46,683 nucleotides of DNA from Candidatus Woesearchaeota archaeon (GCA_964530955.1 CAZHCL010000005.1:1-46683), one strand, 5' to 3'; counted from the stretch's first letter, positions 17,778 through 26,526 are shown. Made by a program: numbers and translations. The notes: generated from the sequence alone by a model not told the origin.

Positions 17778-18264
17778 TTTTTGATCCTTTCTGTTTTGGT
17801 TGAACTTGCTTTGCAGTAACTTGCTTTGGCTGACTTGGCTGCTTTACTTTTGCCTCTTTGACTGGCTTCTGAGTCTTAGGAGTTGCTCCCCTTGTGAACG
17901 AAGCCTGTCTTTCTTTATCTGATGAGTTAAGAGAAATTATTTGCAAAACGCTTGGGTGAAATGGAACATTCACCTTGGTGCCGTCTTTCTTATTTCTTTG
18001 AATTCCCTCGAGATAAATTTTTATCTGCTTAGAGTTGACAGAAGTTACTTTGGCTTTCTTTTTCTTGAAAGAGCCTCGCATGACAAGCACTTCATCCCCT
18101 GTCCTGAGGGGAAGATTCCTCTTACCATACTGTTTCCTTAAATCCTTTGATAAATTAGCACTTAAAAACTTATGCTTTATATGCAATGGAGCTTCTGCAG
18201 CATATTTGTGCTGCTTTCTTCTCTGCACTGATGAACGCCAGGATGTTGAAAATAGTTGTCTCAT
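17764..18264 (-). CDS. rpl24: 50S ribosomal protein uL24 with Q/K/P-rich C-terminal tail
   Basis: S....RKQHKY...APLH, LSKDLRKQYG, GDEVLVMRGSFK, PFHPSVLQI; start set at ATG 18264 (ATGA overlap with rpl14). Confidence 0.95.
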   Translation of the reverse strand: MRQLFSTSWRSSVQRRKQHKYAAEAPLHIKHKFLSANLSKDLRKQYGKRNLPLRTGDEVLVMRGSFKKKKAKVTSVNSKQIKIYLEGIQRNKKDGTKVNVPFHPSVLQIISLNSSDKERQASFTRGATPKTQKPVKEAKVKQPSQPKQVTAKQVQPKQKGSKNASN

Positions 18265-18662
18265 AGTACGAAATCCGCAATTTTGGATACCTCTTTCCAT
18301 CTTTCAAGAACTTCTCTTGCTACTGGTCCTTTAATCTGAGTGCCTTTTGGATTTCCTTTTTCATCTTTAAGAAGTGCGACTGCATTGTCTTCGAAGCATA
18401 CTCTCTCGCCTGTCTTTCTCATATATGGTTTTTTTTGTCTGATAACGACTGCATCGAAAACCATTCCAATCATGTCTGGCTTTCCTGCTCTTACAGAAAC
18501 TTTTACCCAATCAGCGACTTTTGCATATTGCTGTCTTCCTTTCTTTGACTTTCCATGTTTTACTCCGACGATTTTAACTATTCTTGCTCCAGAGTTATCT
18601 GCTGCTGTAACCTTTGCTCCAAGGTTCAATGCTCTTGTTACTGATGCACTTACTGCTTTCAT
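18261..18662 (-). CDS. rpl14: 50S ribosomal protein uL14
   Basis: ADNSGA, AVVIRQKK, FEDNAV, PKGTQIKGPVARE. Confidence 0.97.
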   Translation of the reverse strand: MKAVSASVTRALNLGAKVTAADNSGARIVKIVGVKHGKSKKGRQQYAKVADWVKVSVRAGKPDMIGMVFDAVVIRQKKPYMRKTGERVCFEDNAVALLKDEKGNPKGTQIKGPVAREVLERWKEVSKIADFVL

Positions 18663-18976
18663 TTTTTCTCCTCGGCAGATCTTATTTTCTGCACAACAAT
18701 ATGATGAATAATTTTACTGAGAGGTCTGCATTCCTGAACCTTGATATAATCTCCAAGGTTTATTTCCATTCCTGCTGGAAGTCTTGCATGAATCTTTGAC
18801 TTTTTCTTGAAGAATCTTTCATACTTGTGAACATAACTTGTTCTTTCCTGCTCGATAACAACTCTATTTGCGAATTTCTTTATTACAACGCCTTCAAATG
18901 TTCTTCCTCTTGCTAAGACGGGTAGAACTATTCTAGGTTCTTTCTTTTCCTGTTTTGTGTTTTTCTTTTCTGCCAT
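18659..18976 (-). CDS. rps17: 30S ribosomal protein uS17
   Basis: RGRTFEGVV, KYERF.KK.SKIHA, ECRPLSK. Confidence 0.95.
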   Translation of the reverse strand: MAEKKNTKQEKKEPRIVLPVLARGRTFEGVVIKKFANRVVIEQERTSYVHKYERFFKKKSKIHARLPAGMEINLGDYIKVQECRPLSKIIHHIVVQKIRSAEEKK

Positions 18977-18984
18977 GTTATTCT

Positions 18985-19284
18985 TTAATCTGATATTGAG
19001 TCTTCCATGAAGCCCATTCCGATCAAGGTTTCCTTGACCTGCTTCTTATGGTTTCCCTGAAGTTCGATGACCCCATCCTTGACTGTTCCGCCACACGCAA
19101 ACTTTTCTTTGAGGTGTTTTGCAGTGCCTTTGATATCAAAGCTGTTGTCAAAACCGGAGACGAGCGTTATTATCTTGCCGTATCTTCTCGACACGGTGGA
19201 GATAACTATTTTTTGCTCACTCTTGGCTATTTCCTCAAATGCTTTTGCTTCATTTGGCAAGCCAAATCTTGGGTCTATATCCAT
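18985..19284 (-). CDS. sui1: Translation initiation factor aIF-1 (SUI1)
   Basis: RRYGKIITLVSG, LKEKFACGGTVKDGVIELQGNH. Confidence 0.95.
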   Translation of the reverse strand: MDIDPRFGLPNEAKAFEEIAKSEQKIVISTVSRRYGKIITLVSGFDNSFDIKGTAKHLKEKFACGGTVKDGVIELQGNHKKQVKETLIGMGFMEDSISD

Positions 19285-19482
19285 TTATTTGTTCTTAACC
19301 TCCTCAGCTTTATTGCTGAATGTTAATAGTCGCGCTATAGCCTTTTTAATCTCTTTTGTTTTGGCTCCCTGCTTATTTGCAGTGACACTTGACTTGACCA
19401 ATTCCATTTTCAAGTCCTTAAGTTTACTGACTCTGTCTTTTGATTCCATTTTTGCTATGTCTTTGTATCTTAGTATTGCCAT
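19285..19482 (-). CDS. rpl29: 50S ribosomal protein uL29
   Basis: LRYKDIAKM...L.DLKMEL, EIKKAIARLLT; position after rps3. Confidence 0.9.
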   Translation of the reverse strand: MAILRYKDIAKMESKDRVSKLKDLKMELVKSSVTANKQGAKTKEIKKAIARLLTFSNKAEEVKNK

Positions 19483-20171
19483 TATTTCTTATCTCCTTTC
19501 TTCTTTGACTTTGATTTTTTGACTTCTGGTTCTGCTTCTTTTGGAACTTCTGGAACAAATTTTAATCTTGCGACTAATGCCTCGTCAACAACAATTCTAT
19601 CGTGAATAATTGCATCAGGTGCGAGAACACTTACTTTTATTCCGACTACTCCTGGAAGTGTTTTTGCCTGGGACATTGCCCTGTCAACTACTTTAGCCGT
19701 GTCTCCTGTTTTCTTAAGATAACCTTGGGCAAATCTCCAGGATCTGGCTCTCTCGCTTGGAAGCTTTCCTGATAAAACTATTTCTGCTCCCAATGCTCCA
19801 GCTTTCATTATTTCTTGAAGCATTTTATAGGCAATTACTTTGAACTTTAATGCTCCCAAATTCTCAAGAGAAACTGCAATTTCATCTGCAACTAACTGAG
19901 CATCAAGCAATGGCTGGATTATTTCTTTTATTTCTATATGGGGATTATCAAAATGGAATCTTTTCTTAACAACTCTTGTTAATTCATCTATTTTTTCTCC
20001 TCTTCTTCCGATAACTATCCCTGGCTTTGAGGTTGCAATGATTATTTTTTCTCCGACTGGAGTGTATTCAATTGATACATTGCTTATTTTTCCTTTTCCT
20101 AGAGCTCTCTTTACATATTCCTTAACTCTTAGTTCTTCCTTCTTGAAATTAACAAATTTTTTCTCTTCCAT
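19482..20171 (-). CDS. rps3: 30S ribosomal protein uS3
   Basis: TPVGEKI, PGIVIGRRG, GALGAEI.LSGKL.S.RAR, GVVGIKV. Confidence 0.96.
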   Translation of the reverse strand: MEEKKFVNFKKEELRVKEYVKRALGKGKISNVSIEYTPVGEKIIIATSKPGIVIGRRGEKIDELTRVVKKRFHFDNPHIEIKEIIQPLLDAQLVADEIAVSLENLGALKFKVIAYKMLQEIMKAGALGAEIVLSGKLPSERARSWRFAQGYLKKTGDTAKVVDRAMSQAKTLPGVVGIKVSVLAPDAIIHDRIVVDEALVARLKFVPEVPKEAEPEVKKSKSKKKGDKK

Positions 20172-20812
20172 TATTTCTTTTTCTCCTTGGTTTTTTGATT
20201 ATCGAACTCTTTTGCTTTCAAAAGGACAAATGCTCTTTTAAACCTCGTCCCGCCTCTTCTGGATGGACGTGAAGCCCAGGTTGCAGAGGCAAAAGATATT
20301 CTTGCTTTATCCAAATCAAGACCGTTTGCGATAATATTTCCTTTCAATGCCTTCAGCAAATAAATAAACTGCTTTGAAGCGTTAATAGGATATCTTCCAG
20401 ACATTATTCCGGGAGCTGAACGGTGAGGAATTTCGCCTTTCATCGGAATTACTCTCTTCAAAATAATAACTTCATTCAATTCCTTTATTGCCTGGTCAAC
20501 TGACTTGTTCTTTATGAAACTGCAGATATACATGCAATGTTTCTTTGAAGCAGATAGGTTTGTTCCCTTTGCAATTGCCTCTTCTTTCTTTGGTCTTTCA
20601 ATTTTTGCTTTCTTGTCGTCTTTCTTATCATCCTTTTTCTCTTCTTTCTTGCTGTCGACTGCAATTGCTATTGGTGCTGGAGTCTGAGCAGGAACATTTG
20701 CAGGAGCTTGTGCTGGCTTAACAACTTCTTTTACTTCTGCTTTCTTTTCTTCCTTCTTCTCTTGCTTGACGTTCTTAATATTATTATTCATGTTTTTATT
20801 TTCCTGTGCCAT
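20171..20812 (-). CDS. rpl22: 50S ribosomal protein uL22 with about 70-aa low-complexity N-terminal extension
   Basis: S.KH..YIC.FIK.K, GRYP..ASK.FI.LLK, NGLD. Confidence 0.92.
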   Translation of the reverse strand: MAQENKNMNNNIKNVKQEKKEEKKAEVKEVVKPAQAPANVPAQTPAPIAIAVDSKKEEKKDDKKDDKKAKIERPKKEEAIAKGTNLSASKKHCMYICSFIKNKSVDQAIKELNEVIILKRVIPMKGEIPHRSAPGIMSGRYPINASKQFIYLLKALKGNIIANGLDLDKARISFASATWASRPSRRGGTRFKRAFVLLKAKEFDNQKTKEKKK

Positions 20813-21216
20813 TATTTCTTATCTCCTGACGAGCTCTTTGTTGCTCCTATTCCTGGAGTTCCGTGGGATACTCTTTGTCTTGTATATGCAAATTCTCCGA
20901 GTCTGTGACCAATCATTTCACCTGTGATTCTAACTTCAGTGAAAGTCTTTCCAGTATAGACTCCAATATTAAATCCAACTAATTTAGGAACAATTACTAT
21001 ATCTCTTAGGTGAGTCTTTATCTTCTTGTTAGTTGAAACGGAAGCCTCGCATCTTTTGATGAATCTTTCTATAACATCAAAATGTCTAAGTACTGAACGT
21101 CTGCTTCTTGAAGGAAGATATTTTGCAGTTTCTCTTACATCTAATTTCTTCAAAGCTTCAAGAGATTGTCCTCTATAAAAGACTTCTTTTGACCTGACTA
21201 TTACTTCTTCTGCCAT
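20812..21216 (-). CDS. rps19: 30S ribosomal protein uS19
   Basis: FYRGQSLE.LK, IKTHLRD, EMIGHRLGEFA.TR..V.HG.PGIGATKSS. Confidence 0.96.
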   Translation of the reverse strand: MAEEVIVRSKEVFYRGQSLEALKKLDVRETAKYLPSRSRRSVLRHFDVIERFIKRCEASVSTNKKIKTHLRDIVIVPKLVGFNIGVYTGKTFTEVRITGEMIGHRLGEFAYTRQRVSHGTPGIGATKSSSGDKK

Positions 21217-21914
21217 TATTTCTTTCTCCCCGTTCTTCTTGGACGTATATGACCTACTCTAGAGCCTGGAGGTGCGTTTCTCTTGGCAATCTTTGACTTG
21301 ATTCTCTTTCCTCTACCTGAACCGAATGGATGGTCTACTGCGTTCATCTTAACTGCAGATGATCTTGGCCATAGTTTGTTTCTGGCTTTCATCTTGTAGA
21401 ACATTGGACCGGCCTTGATGAATGGCTTAAGCTTTCTTCCTTCTCCCGCAATTATTCCTATTGTAGCTCTGCAGTCTCCGCTAAGAATTACATTATTCTT
21501 ATTAGGCATTAGAATAGAAATCTTATTGAAATCATTTCTCTTGAAAACTGTTGCGCTTGAACCTGCTGTTCTTATCATTTTTCCTCCATCTCCTGGATTA
21601 ATTTCTAAATTGTAAATATGAGTTCCGACTGGAATTTCCTTAAGCATTAAAATGTTTCCATCGCTTGCTTCTGCTTTTCCTATTTTTACTTTGTTTCCTA
21701 CAGTCGCGCCGTTGAAAGCTGGATTGTAGAATATTTCATTGCTGATTTTCAACTTAAGCAATGGAGCTGAGTGACCTGCTGAGTGAAGTAGATCAACTAT
21801 TTCTGCTTCTCCCTCGTTAATTGGATATTTTATTTTGTACTTGTAAGCTGCTTTTCTTACTCTGTAGGATAATGAACCGTGTCCTCTCGCCTGTTGTATA
21901 ATTCTCTTTCCCAT
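21216..21914 (-). CDS. rpl2: 50S ribosomal protein uL2
   Basis: MGKRIIQQARGHG, PGDGGK..R.AG, C.ATIG..A..GR, AVKMNAVDHPFGSG. Confidence 0.97.
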   Translation of the reverse strand: MGKRIIQQARGHGSLSYRVRKAAYKYKIKYPINEGEAEIVDLLHSAGHSAPLLKLKISNEIFYNPAFNGATVGNKVKIGKAEASDGNILMLKEIPVGTHIYNLEINPGDGGKMIRTAGSSATVFKRNDFNKISILMPNKNNVILSGDCRATIGIIAGEGRKLKPFIKAGPMFYKMKARNKLWPRSSAVKMNAVDHPFGSGRGKRIKSKIAKRNAPPGSRVGHIRPRRTGRKK

Positions 21915-22156
21915 TATATCATCCCCAGCTTGGTAGCTATGTCAATCGCTGGATTGGCTTTATTTAATTTAACATAGGCGAATTTCTTATTTGCTCTTAT
22001 ATGTGTTCTTACTTTCTCTACTTTAACATTAAACATGGATTCTATTTCTTTCTGTATTTCTGGCTTCTTTGACTGCAAAGAAGTCTCAAAGAGAATGATG
22101 TTATCTAACTCTATCATTTTTACTGCTTTTTCTGTGGTTACCGGTTTAAGCAACAT
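21914..22156 (-). CDS. rpl23: 50S ribosomal protein uL23
   Basis: PVTTEKAVKMIE, KFAYVKL, AIDIATKLGMI. Confidence 0.95.
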   Translation of the reverse strand: MLLKPVTTEKAVKMIELDNIILFETSLQSKKPEIQKEIESMFNVKVEKVRTHIRANKKFAYVKLNKANPAIDIATKLGMI

Positions 22157-22919
22157 TTTTCAATTCCTCCAATGCTTTTTGAGTGTAGAGGGTCAATCTT
22201 CCAAGTGGATAAAGGTCCTTCATTCTTATTTCATCAGTCTTTCTTATATCCAAACCAGATATTTTTGCATTCTCATCCTTTGAAGTAACAAGAAGAAGGC
22301 CTGCGTTTGACTTATATTTTCTTGCTCTCTTCTTTCCTTTTCCTGATCTTACTTGCTTTATCTTGAAGACCTTGTCAAATGAACTGCCGAATATTTTTTT
22401 CATTGTTGATAAGAAATCTTTTGTCTTTAAAGGAAGAGATTCAATAACTGCAGAGGATACTTTTGAATCTGATAATGTTGAATATCTCTTGCTTACAAAT
22501 GCAGGATTTGCAGTTGCTGCAAGTCCGGATAATATTGCTGCTGTTTTTTCTTTTCTGTTAATTTTTCTTGTAGTATAAAGTCCCTGAGGAGCATTAATTG
22601 AACGTCCGCCTCTAGTACTTGATACTTCTGCGCCTATCCAGAAGAATTGTGTTCCTCTTCTCCACATTTTCTTTCTTGGGATTCTTGAAATTCCTTTTCC
22701 GTAGGCGCCTTTCCACTTATGTCTTCTGTGGGAGATTGTTCCTGAAGCTGAATGCCTTCTTCCTGCTTCATCATAGGCAGAATATCTCTGTCTTAATGAG
22801 AATTTCTCAGCTTCAAAATATTTCAAAACTAAATCTTCTCTTACTTTTGAATCGAAAATTGCAGGAAGTGATATTTCTGACTTCTGCTCTCCTGAAGAAG
22901 AATATAATTTGGCTTTCAT
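22146..22919 (-). CDS. rpl4: 50S ribosomal protein uL4
   Basis: LPAIF...VREDL, YGKGISRIPR, TRGGR...AP, INRKEK, VRSGKGK.R.RKY, LYPLGRLTLYT. Confidence 0.95.
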   Translation of the reverse strand: MKAKLYSSSGEQKSEISLPAIFDSKVREDLVLKYFEAEKFSLRQRYSAYDEAGRRHSASGTISHRRHKWKGAYGKGISRIPRKKMWRRGTQFFWIGAEVSSTRGGRSINAPQGLYTTRKINRKEKTAAILSGLAATANPAFVSKRYSTLSDSKVSSAVIESLPLKTKDFLSTMKKIFGSSFDKVFKIKQVRSGKGKKRARKYKSNAGLLLVTSKDENAKISGLDIRKTDEIRMKDLYPLGRLTLYTQKALEELKNVA

Positions 22920-23866
22920 ACTACTAACTCCTGCATTTCATACTTTTTCTTTGCTGTCTTTTTTGTAGGCCTGAATGAAGGCGTTAAAAGAACCTGTCTT
23001 TTTGCAGGACCTTGGACTGAACCTGCAACAATGATATAATTTGACTTTATTTTTCCGTAATGAGTGAATCCTGAACCTGGATTGATGTTTTTTTCTGAGA
23101 TTGAAGATGAAGAAACGACTTTGAAATTGTAATGAACCCTTGTGAACATACCTAATTGACCAGCCATTGGTGTGACGAATGTGACTCTTGCAGGATGCCA
23201 AGGACCTAAGCTTCCAGGACGCCTGACTCCTTTTTCTGTCTTGTGCTGCTTTAAATTTATTCTGAATCTTTTAACTGTGCCCACAAGACCTTTTCCTATT
23301 GTAAGACCTCTGACGTCTATTAAATCATAATGCAAGAAGTCTTTCAATGCTATTTCCTTTCCAATGATTGATTTGACAAATTCAAGTTTGTTCTCTGCAT
23401 TTACAGCCAATTCAATCATATCTGGAGTCTTTTTTACATTTGTTTGTCCTGGCAAAGAATATGCAATGACTCTTACATCATCATATTCTTTAGGAACTTG
23501 AGAATCGAAGGCAGGAATCTGCTTTGGAACTCTAACTAATCTTTTAAGCTCTTTATCATTTGAGACAATAACATCTTTTGCAACTATTCCGTTCTTGTAG
23601 AATCTTACGGAGAATATCTTCATATTTGGAGATTCAAGAATTGTTACAGGAAGGACTATTTTCTTTCCCTTTGTCATTGAATGCTCCGTATTGTCCTTGA
23701 CAACAGCAGTGCCCATTCCGACTTTATATGCTACAAATCCAAGAATTCCAGAAGTTTTCTCTTTGCCCTTTATAACCTTCCAGTTAACACTAGGCAGAAT
23801 CTTCTCGGCCCTTTTTCTCGGCCAGAATTGCAGACTTCCATGGTGTGGATTTGATAGTTTTGGCAT
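22916..23866 (-). CDS. rpl3: 50S ribosomal protein uL3
   Basis: PHHGSLQFWPRKRA, AYKVGM, PVTILESP, GKG..G.VKRF, GSLGPWHP, AGQLG...R, GSVQGP.KR. Confidence 0.97.
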   Translation of the reverse strand: MPKLSNPHHGSLQFWPRKRAEKILPSVNWKVIKGKEKTSGILGFVAYKVGMGTAVVKDNTEHSMTKGKKIVLPVTILESPNMKIFSVRFYKNGIVAKDVIVSNDKELKRLVRVPKQIPAFDSQVPKEYDDVRVIAYSLPGQTNVKKTPDMIELAVNAENKLEFVKSIIGKEIALKDFLHYDLIDVRGLTIGKGLVGTVKRFRINLKQHKTEKGVRRPGSLGPWHPARVTFVTPMAGQLGMFTRVHYNFKVVSSSSISEKNINPGSGFTHYGKIKSNYIIVAGSVQGPAKRQVLLTPSFRPTKKTAKKKYEMQELVV

Positions 23867-24009
23867 GTTCTATTGTTTTTGCTTGTATTTTGTATTTGTA
23901 ATTTCATCTAGATTCAACTCCAATCAAGCATAATTACATGCGTCTTCCGTGGATTCCTCAATAAAAGCGAACTTCGGTTTAGCAGACCTTTGTTTGCCCA
24001 ATTAGATTC
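23867..24009 (-). ncRNA. Long (about 140 nt) 5' leader of the S10-spc operon, candidate r-protein leader
   Basis: TTTAAATA box at 24038-24031 predicts a start near 24009; GC-richer 5' part with GGCAAAC-AAAG-GTCTGCT and AAC-CGAA-GTT hairpins, then an A-rich TACAAA-repeat spacer; no convincing ORF. Confidence 0.45.
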
Positions 24010-24083
24010 TATTTTGTGAGAAAAACAGGGTATTTAAACGTTTTGAGATGATGTTTGCACAATTTTAGGTAATTCTTGTACAA

Positions 24084-24290
24084 CTATTTGACTTTGATTT
24101 TTATTGCTAGATAAATTACATAAATCCCCATAATCAATAAAATAAATGGAACGAGCGAAGTTATCAGTTTAAATTCCGATTTAAGGTCTTCTACAAACAT
24201 GGGGAGCGCAGAAAGTAATATGGATGCTCCTAATGATCCAATTGCTATTTTAATCCCATGTAACGCAAGGCGAACTTCTTTCTTACTCAT
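24084..24290 (-). CDS. Small two-TM membrane protein, 68 aa
   Basis: Two hydrophobic helices with basic ends; last gene of a three-gene microprotein unit. Confidence 0.7.
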   Translation of the reverse strand: MSKKEVRLALHGIKIAIGSLGASILLSALPMFVEDLKSEFKLITSLVPFILLIMGIYVIYLAIKIKVK

Positions 24291-24293
24291 ACT

Positions 24294-24410
24294 TTAGACA
24301 TATGCCCCTAAAATAATAAGTCCAACCCCAACACTCATTGCTATTCTGTTTCCCCATATTCCTCCAATAATAAATGTAATTACGCCGATAATCGTAAGTG
24401 GATTAGTCAT
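24294..24410 (-). CDS. Gly-rich membrane microprotein, 38 aa (not in the ORF track)
   Basis: Read by hand: MTNPLTIIGVITFIIGGIWGNRIAMSVGVGLIILGAYV*; ATGA overlap with the upstream gene; GGAGGAGTGAGG SD-like tract before the ATG. Confidence 0.7.
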   Translation of the reverse strand: MTNPLTIIGVITFIIGGIWGNRIAMSVGVGLIILGAYV

Positions 24411-24598
24411 GATAACCTCACTCCTCCTGTGCCAGCATAGTAACCCACAATGGCAAAGGTGACATATTTAACTAGTTCAAATAGGTTCTTTCTTTGCTCT
24501 TCAGATATGTGAAATCTTTTATGAATTATCGACATAACACACCAAGAAATAAAAAAGGCAGCATCCATAATAAAAAGAACTAAGAGTACTTCATCCAT
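24407..24598 (-). CDS. Small two-TM membrane protein, 63 aa
   Basis: Two hydrophobic helices; TTTATAAT box at 24627-24620, 29 nt from the ATG. Confidence 0.7.
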   Translation of the reverse strand: MDEVLLVLFIMDAAFFISWCVMSIIHKRFHISEEQRKNLFELVKYVTFAIVGYYAGTGGVRLS

Positions 24599-24917
24599 AA
24601 AAAACTAATTACTTTGAATATTATAAATATTACTATTTTCTATTCGAGCTGATCGCGGCTTTCATTCAATATGAATATTATTAGATCCGCAGTTTCTTAA
24701 AAATTAAGCCTGCTGGTGTGACTTTTTTATCCAGAAATTATAAATTTAAGGGTTAAAATAAAAAATTAAAAAGTTAAACCGGTTTTAGTTTTAGCTCCGC
24801 CAATTCCGCCTTTAATCATAGTTTTCACAATATCTTCTATTTTATAAATCAGATCCCTTTAAGGTAACAATACGCACTTAAAGTAAGAAATAAAAAGCTA
24901 GATTTGCTCAATTTAAC

Positions 24918-25571
24918 ATGGCTGGATGTGACTTTTGTGGCAAGTCTCTTGAAGGTCTCCCGCATAGATGCAAATATTGTGGAAAAGTTCATTGTTCTAA
25001 TCATATACTTCCAGAAAGCCATGAATGTATAGGATTAGGAAAATTGAGAAAGCAATCCTATTTCAAACCAGTTAAGCATAATAATTATAGAAAATCTATT
25101 ACCTATCCTCCCAAGATCAAATATGAATCAAGTGAGCAAAATGAAATGTATCATCCATCTAAAGGAGGATTTAATTTTAGATTTAAAAATCCATTTAGAA
25201 ATATCTTCTCTTTTAGTCTATCTCATGAAATAAAAAATACATTAACTCAATTCATTGTAGCTCTTTTTATTGGATTAGTGCTAAACTATGTGTATTATCA
25301 AAACTTTTCAATTCATTATTTGTTTATTGGGGGTGTTCAACAATGGTTCAGTATTTTAATAGCTACATTGAATTACGGCCTAGGTGGAGGATATGATTTA
25401 GTTTATCTAATAATAAACGGACTATTCTATTATTATCTATTCTCAACGGCAATTAAATTATTTTATGCAATAATAACTAATCTAAATAAAAAGGGAACTT
25501 GGTGGCTATTAGCAGGAGTAGCTATAGTAGTTTTAGTTATCTTTAAGTACTTTCCAAATTTAATTTACTAA
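24918..25571 (+). CDS. AN1-type zinc finger fused to a multi-TM C-terminal domain
   Basis: CDFCG...LPHRCKYCGKVHCSNHILPESHEC is an AN1 motif; 3-4 hydrophobic segments at the C-terminus. Confidence 0.8.
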   Translation: MAGCDFCGKSLEGLPHRCKYCGKVHCSNHILPESHECIGLGKLRKQSYFKPVKHNNYRKSITYPPKIKYESSEQNEMYHPSKGGFNFRFKNPFRNIFSFSLSHEIKNTLTQFIVALFIGLVLNYVYYQNFSIHYLFIGGVQQWFSILIATLNYGLGGGYDLVYLIINGLFYYYLFSTAIKLFYAIITNLNKKGTWWLLAGVAIVVLVIFKYFPNLIY

Positions 25572-25572
25572 A

Positions 25573-26451
25573 ATGAACAATTACCTCTCAAATCACTTTG
25601 AAAAGAGTTCAAGAGATTTTAAAGAATGGTTTTTGGAAAAACGTCATCCGCATAGCACTCTTAATAAAACAGAATTCATTCATGATTTACTTAAATTTAC
25701 TGGATTTTTATTAGTTTTCTTAATTATCTATAATAATGTTGATAAGTTAAACGATATCAGTCTCTGGATTATTCAATTAGGGTCTATTGCCCTGTTGGTT
25801 CTTTTGTTCTTTGTTATAAGAAAAGGTTGGCATTTATCTTTAAATCTTAAATATTGGTTTAGAGGGTTCAACAATGGGACAAAAGTAATAATAGGAATAA
25901 TACTTGTGTTGGTCCTATTACTTGCATTCTTCAATCAGGATAATGTAATTAGCAATATAACTACAACATATGATAAAATAAAATTCTCTAGTTTCTTACC
26001 AGTCAACTTAGAATCTTTAAATTTATCTTTATTTAACCTTACTGTCTTATCAAAAAGTTTTAACACTTGCCCCCAGATTAATGTTTCTATGGATATTTAC
26101 TCTTTTCAAAGTTTCACTGGAGACGTTGGAAGCATTAGTGGAAAAAGCTATGATGGATGGACAATAAATGGTTTAGCAACCTGTAGAAAAGGAACTAAAG
26201 AAGGGGAGAACCTAAATAAATATTACTGCGGAGGGTATTCTTATATGTTGGGTATTGGAAGTGTCAATGCTTATATAGAAAAGACGATTATTTCTAGTGA
26301 AGGAAATATTGGTAAAACTTACAAATATGTAATTTGGAACACTTATGATGAAAATAGGAATTTTGTTGAGACAAGATGCCTAGGAGACCCTGATGAATTT
26401 GATAAAAGACAGGCAGAGGCATTCATGAACGAATTGAAAAGTTGGAATTAA
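25573..26451 (+). CDS. Membrane protein (3 TM) with a Cys-containing, probably extracellular domain
   Basis: Starts 1 nt after the AN1 gene; three hydrophobic helices, then a soluble domain with four Cys. Confidence 0.7.
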   Translation: MNNYLSNHFEKSSRDFKEWFLEKRHPHSTLNKTEFIHDLLKFTGFLLVFLIIYNNVDKLNDISLWIIQLGSIALLVLLFFVIRKGWHLSLNLKYWFRGFNNGTKVIIGIILVLVLLLAFFNQDNVISNITTTYDKIKFSSFLPVNLESLNLSLFNLTVLSKSFNTCPQINVSMDIYSFQSFTGDVGSISGKSYDGWTINGLATCRKGTKEGENLNKYYCGGYSYMLGIGSVNAYIEKTIISSEGNIGKTYKYVIWNTYDENRNFVETRCLGDPDEFDKRQAEAFMNELKSWN

Positions 26452-26526
26452 TCTAAACTATAATTAACTCTGATGGCAATAGGAATATAAGCTCATACGA
26501 TTTATTTTTCCTGAGGAAAAAGAAAG

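Noticed and set aside
24640-24815. tRNA-like fragments on the minus strand (GCCGCGATCAGCTC; GGCGGAATTGGC)
   Set aside because: No cloverleaf, T-loop or acceptor-stem partner, and no integrase or duplicated att site in the window.
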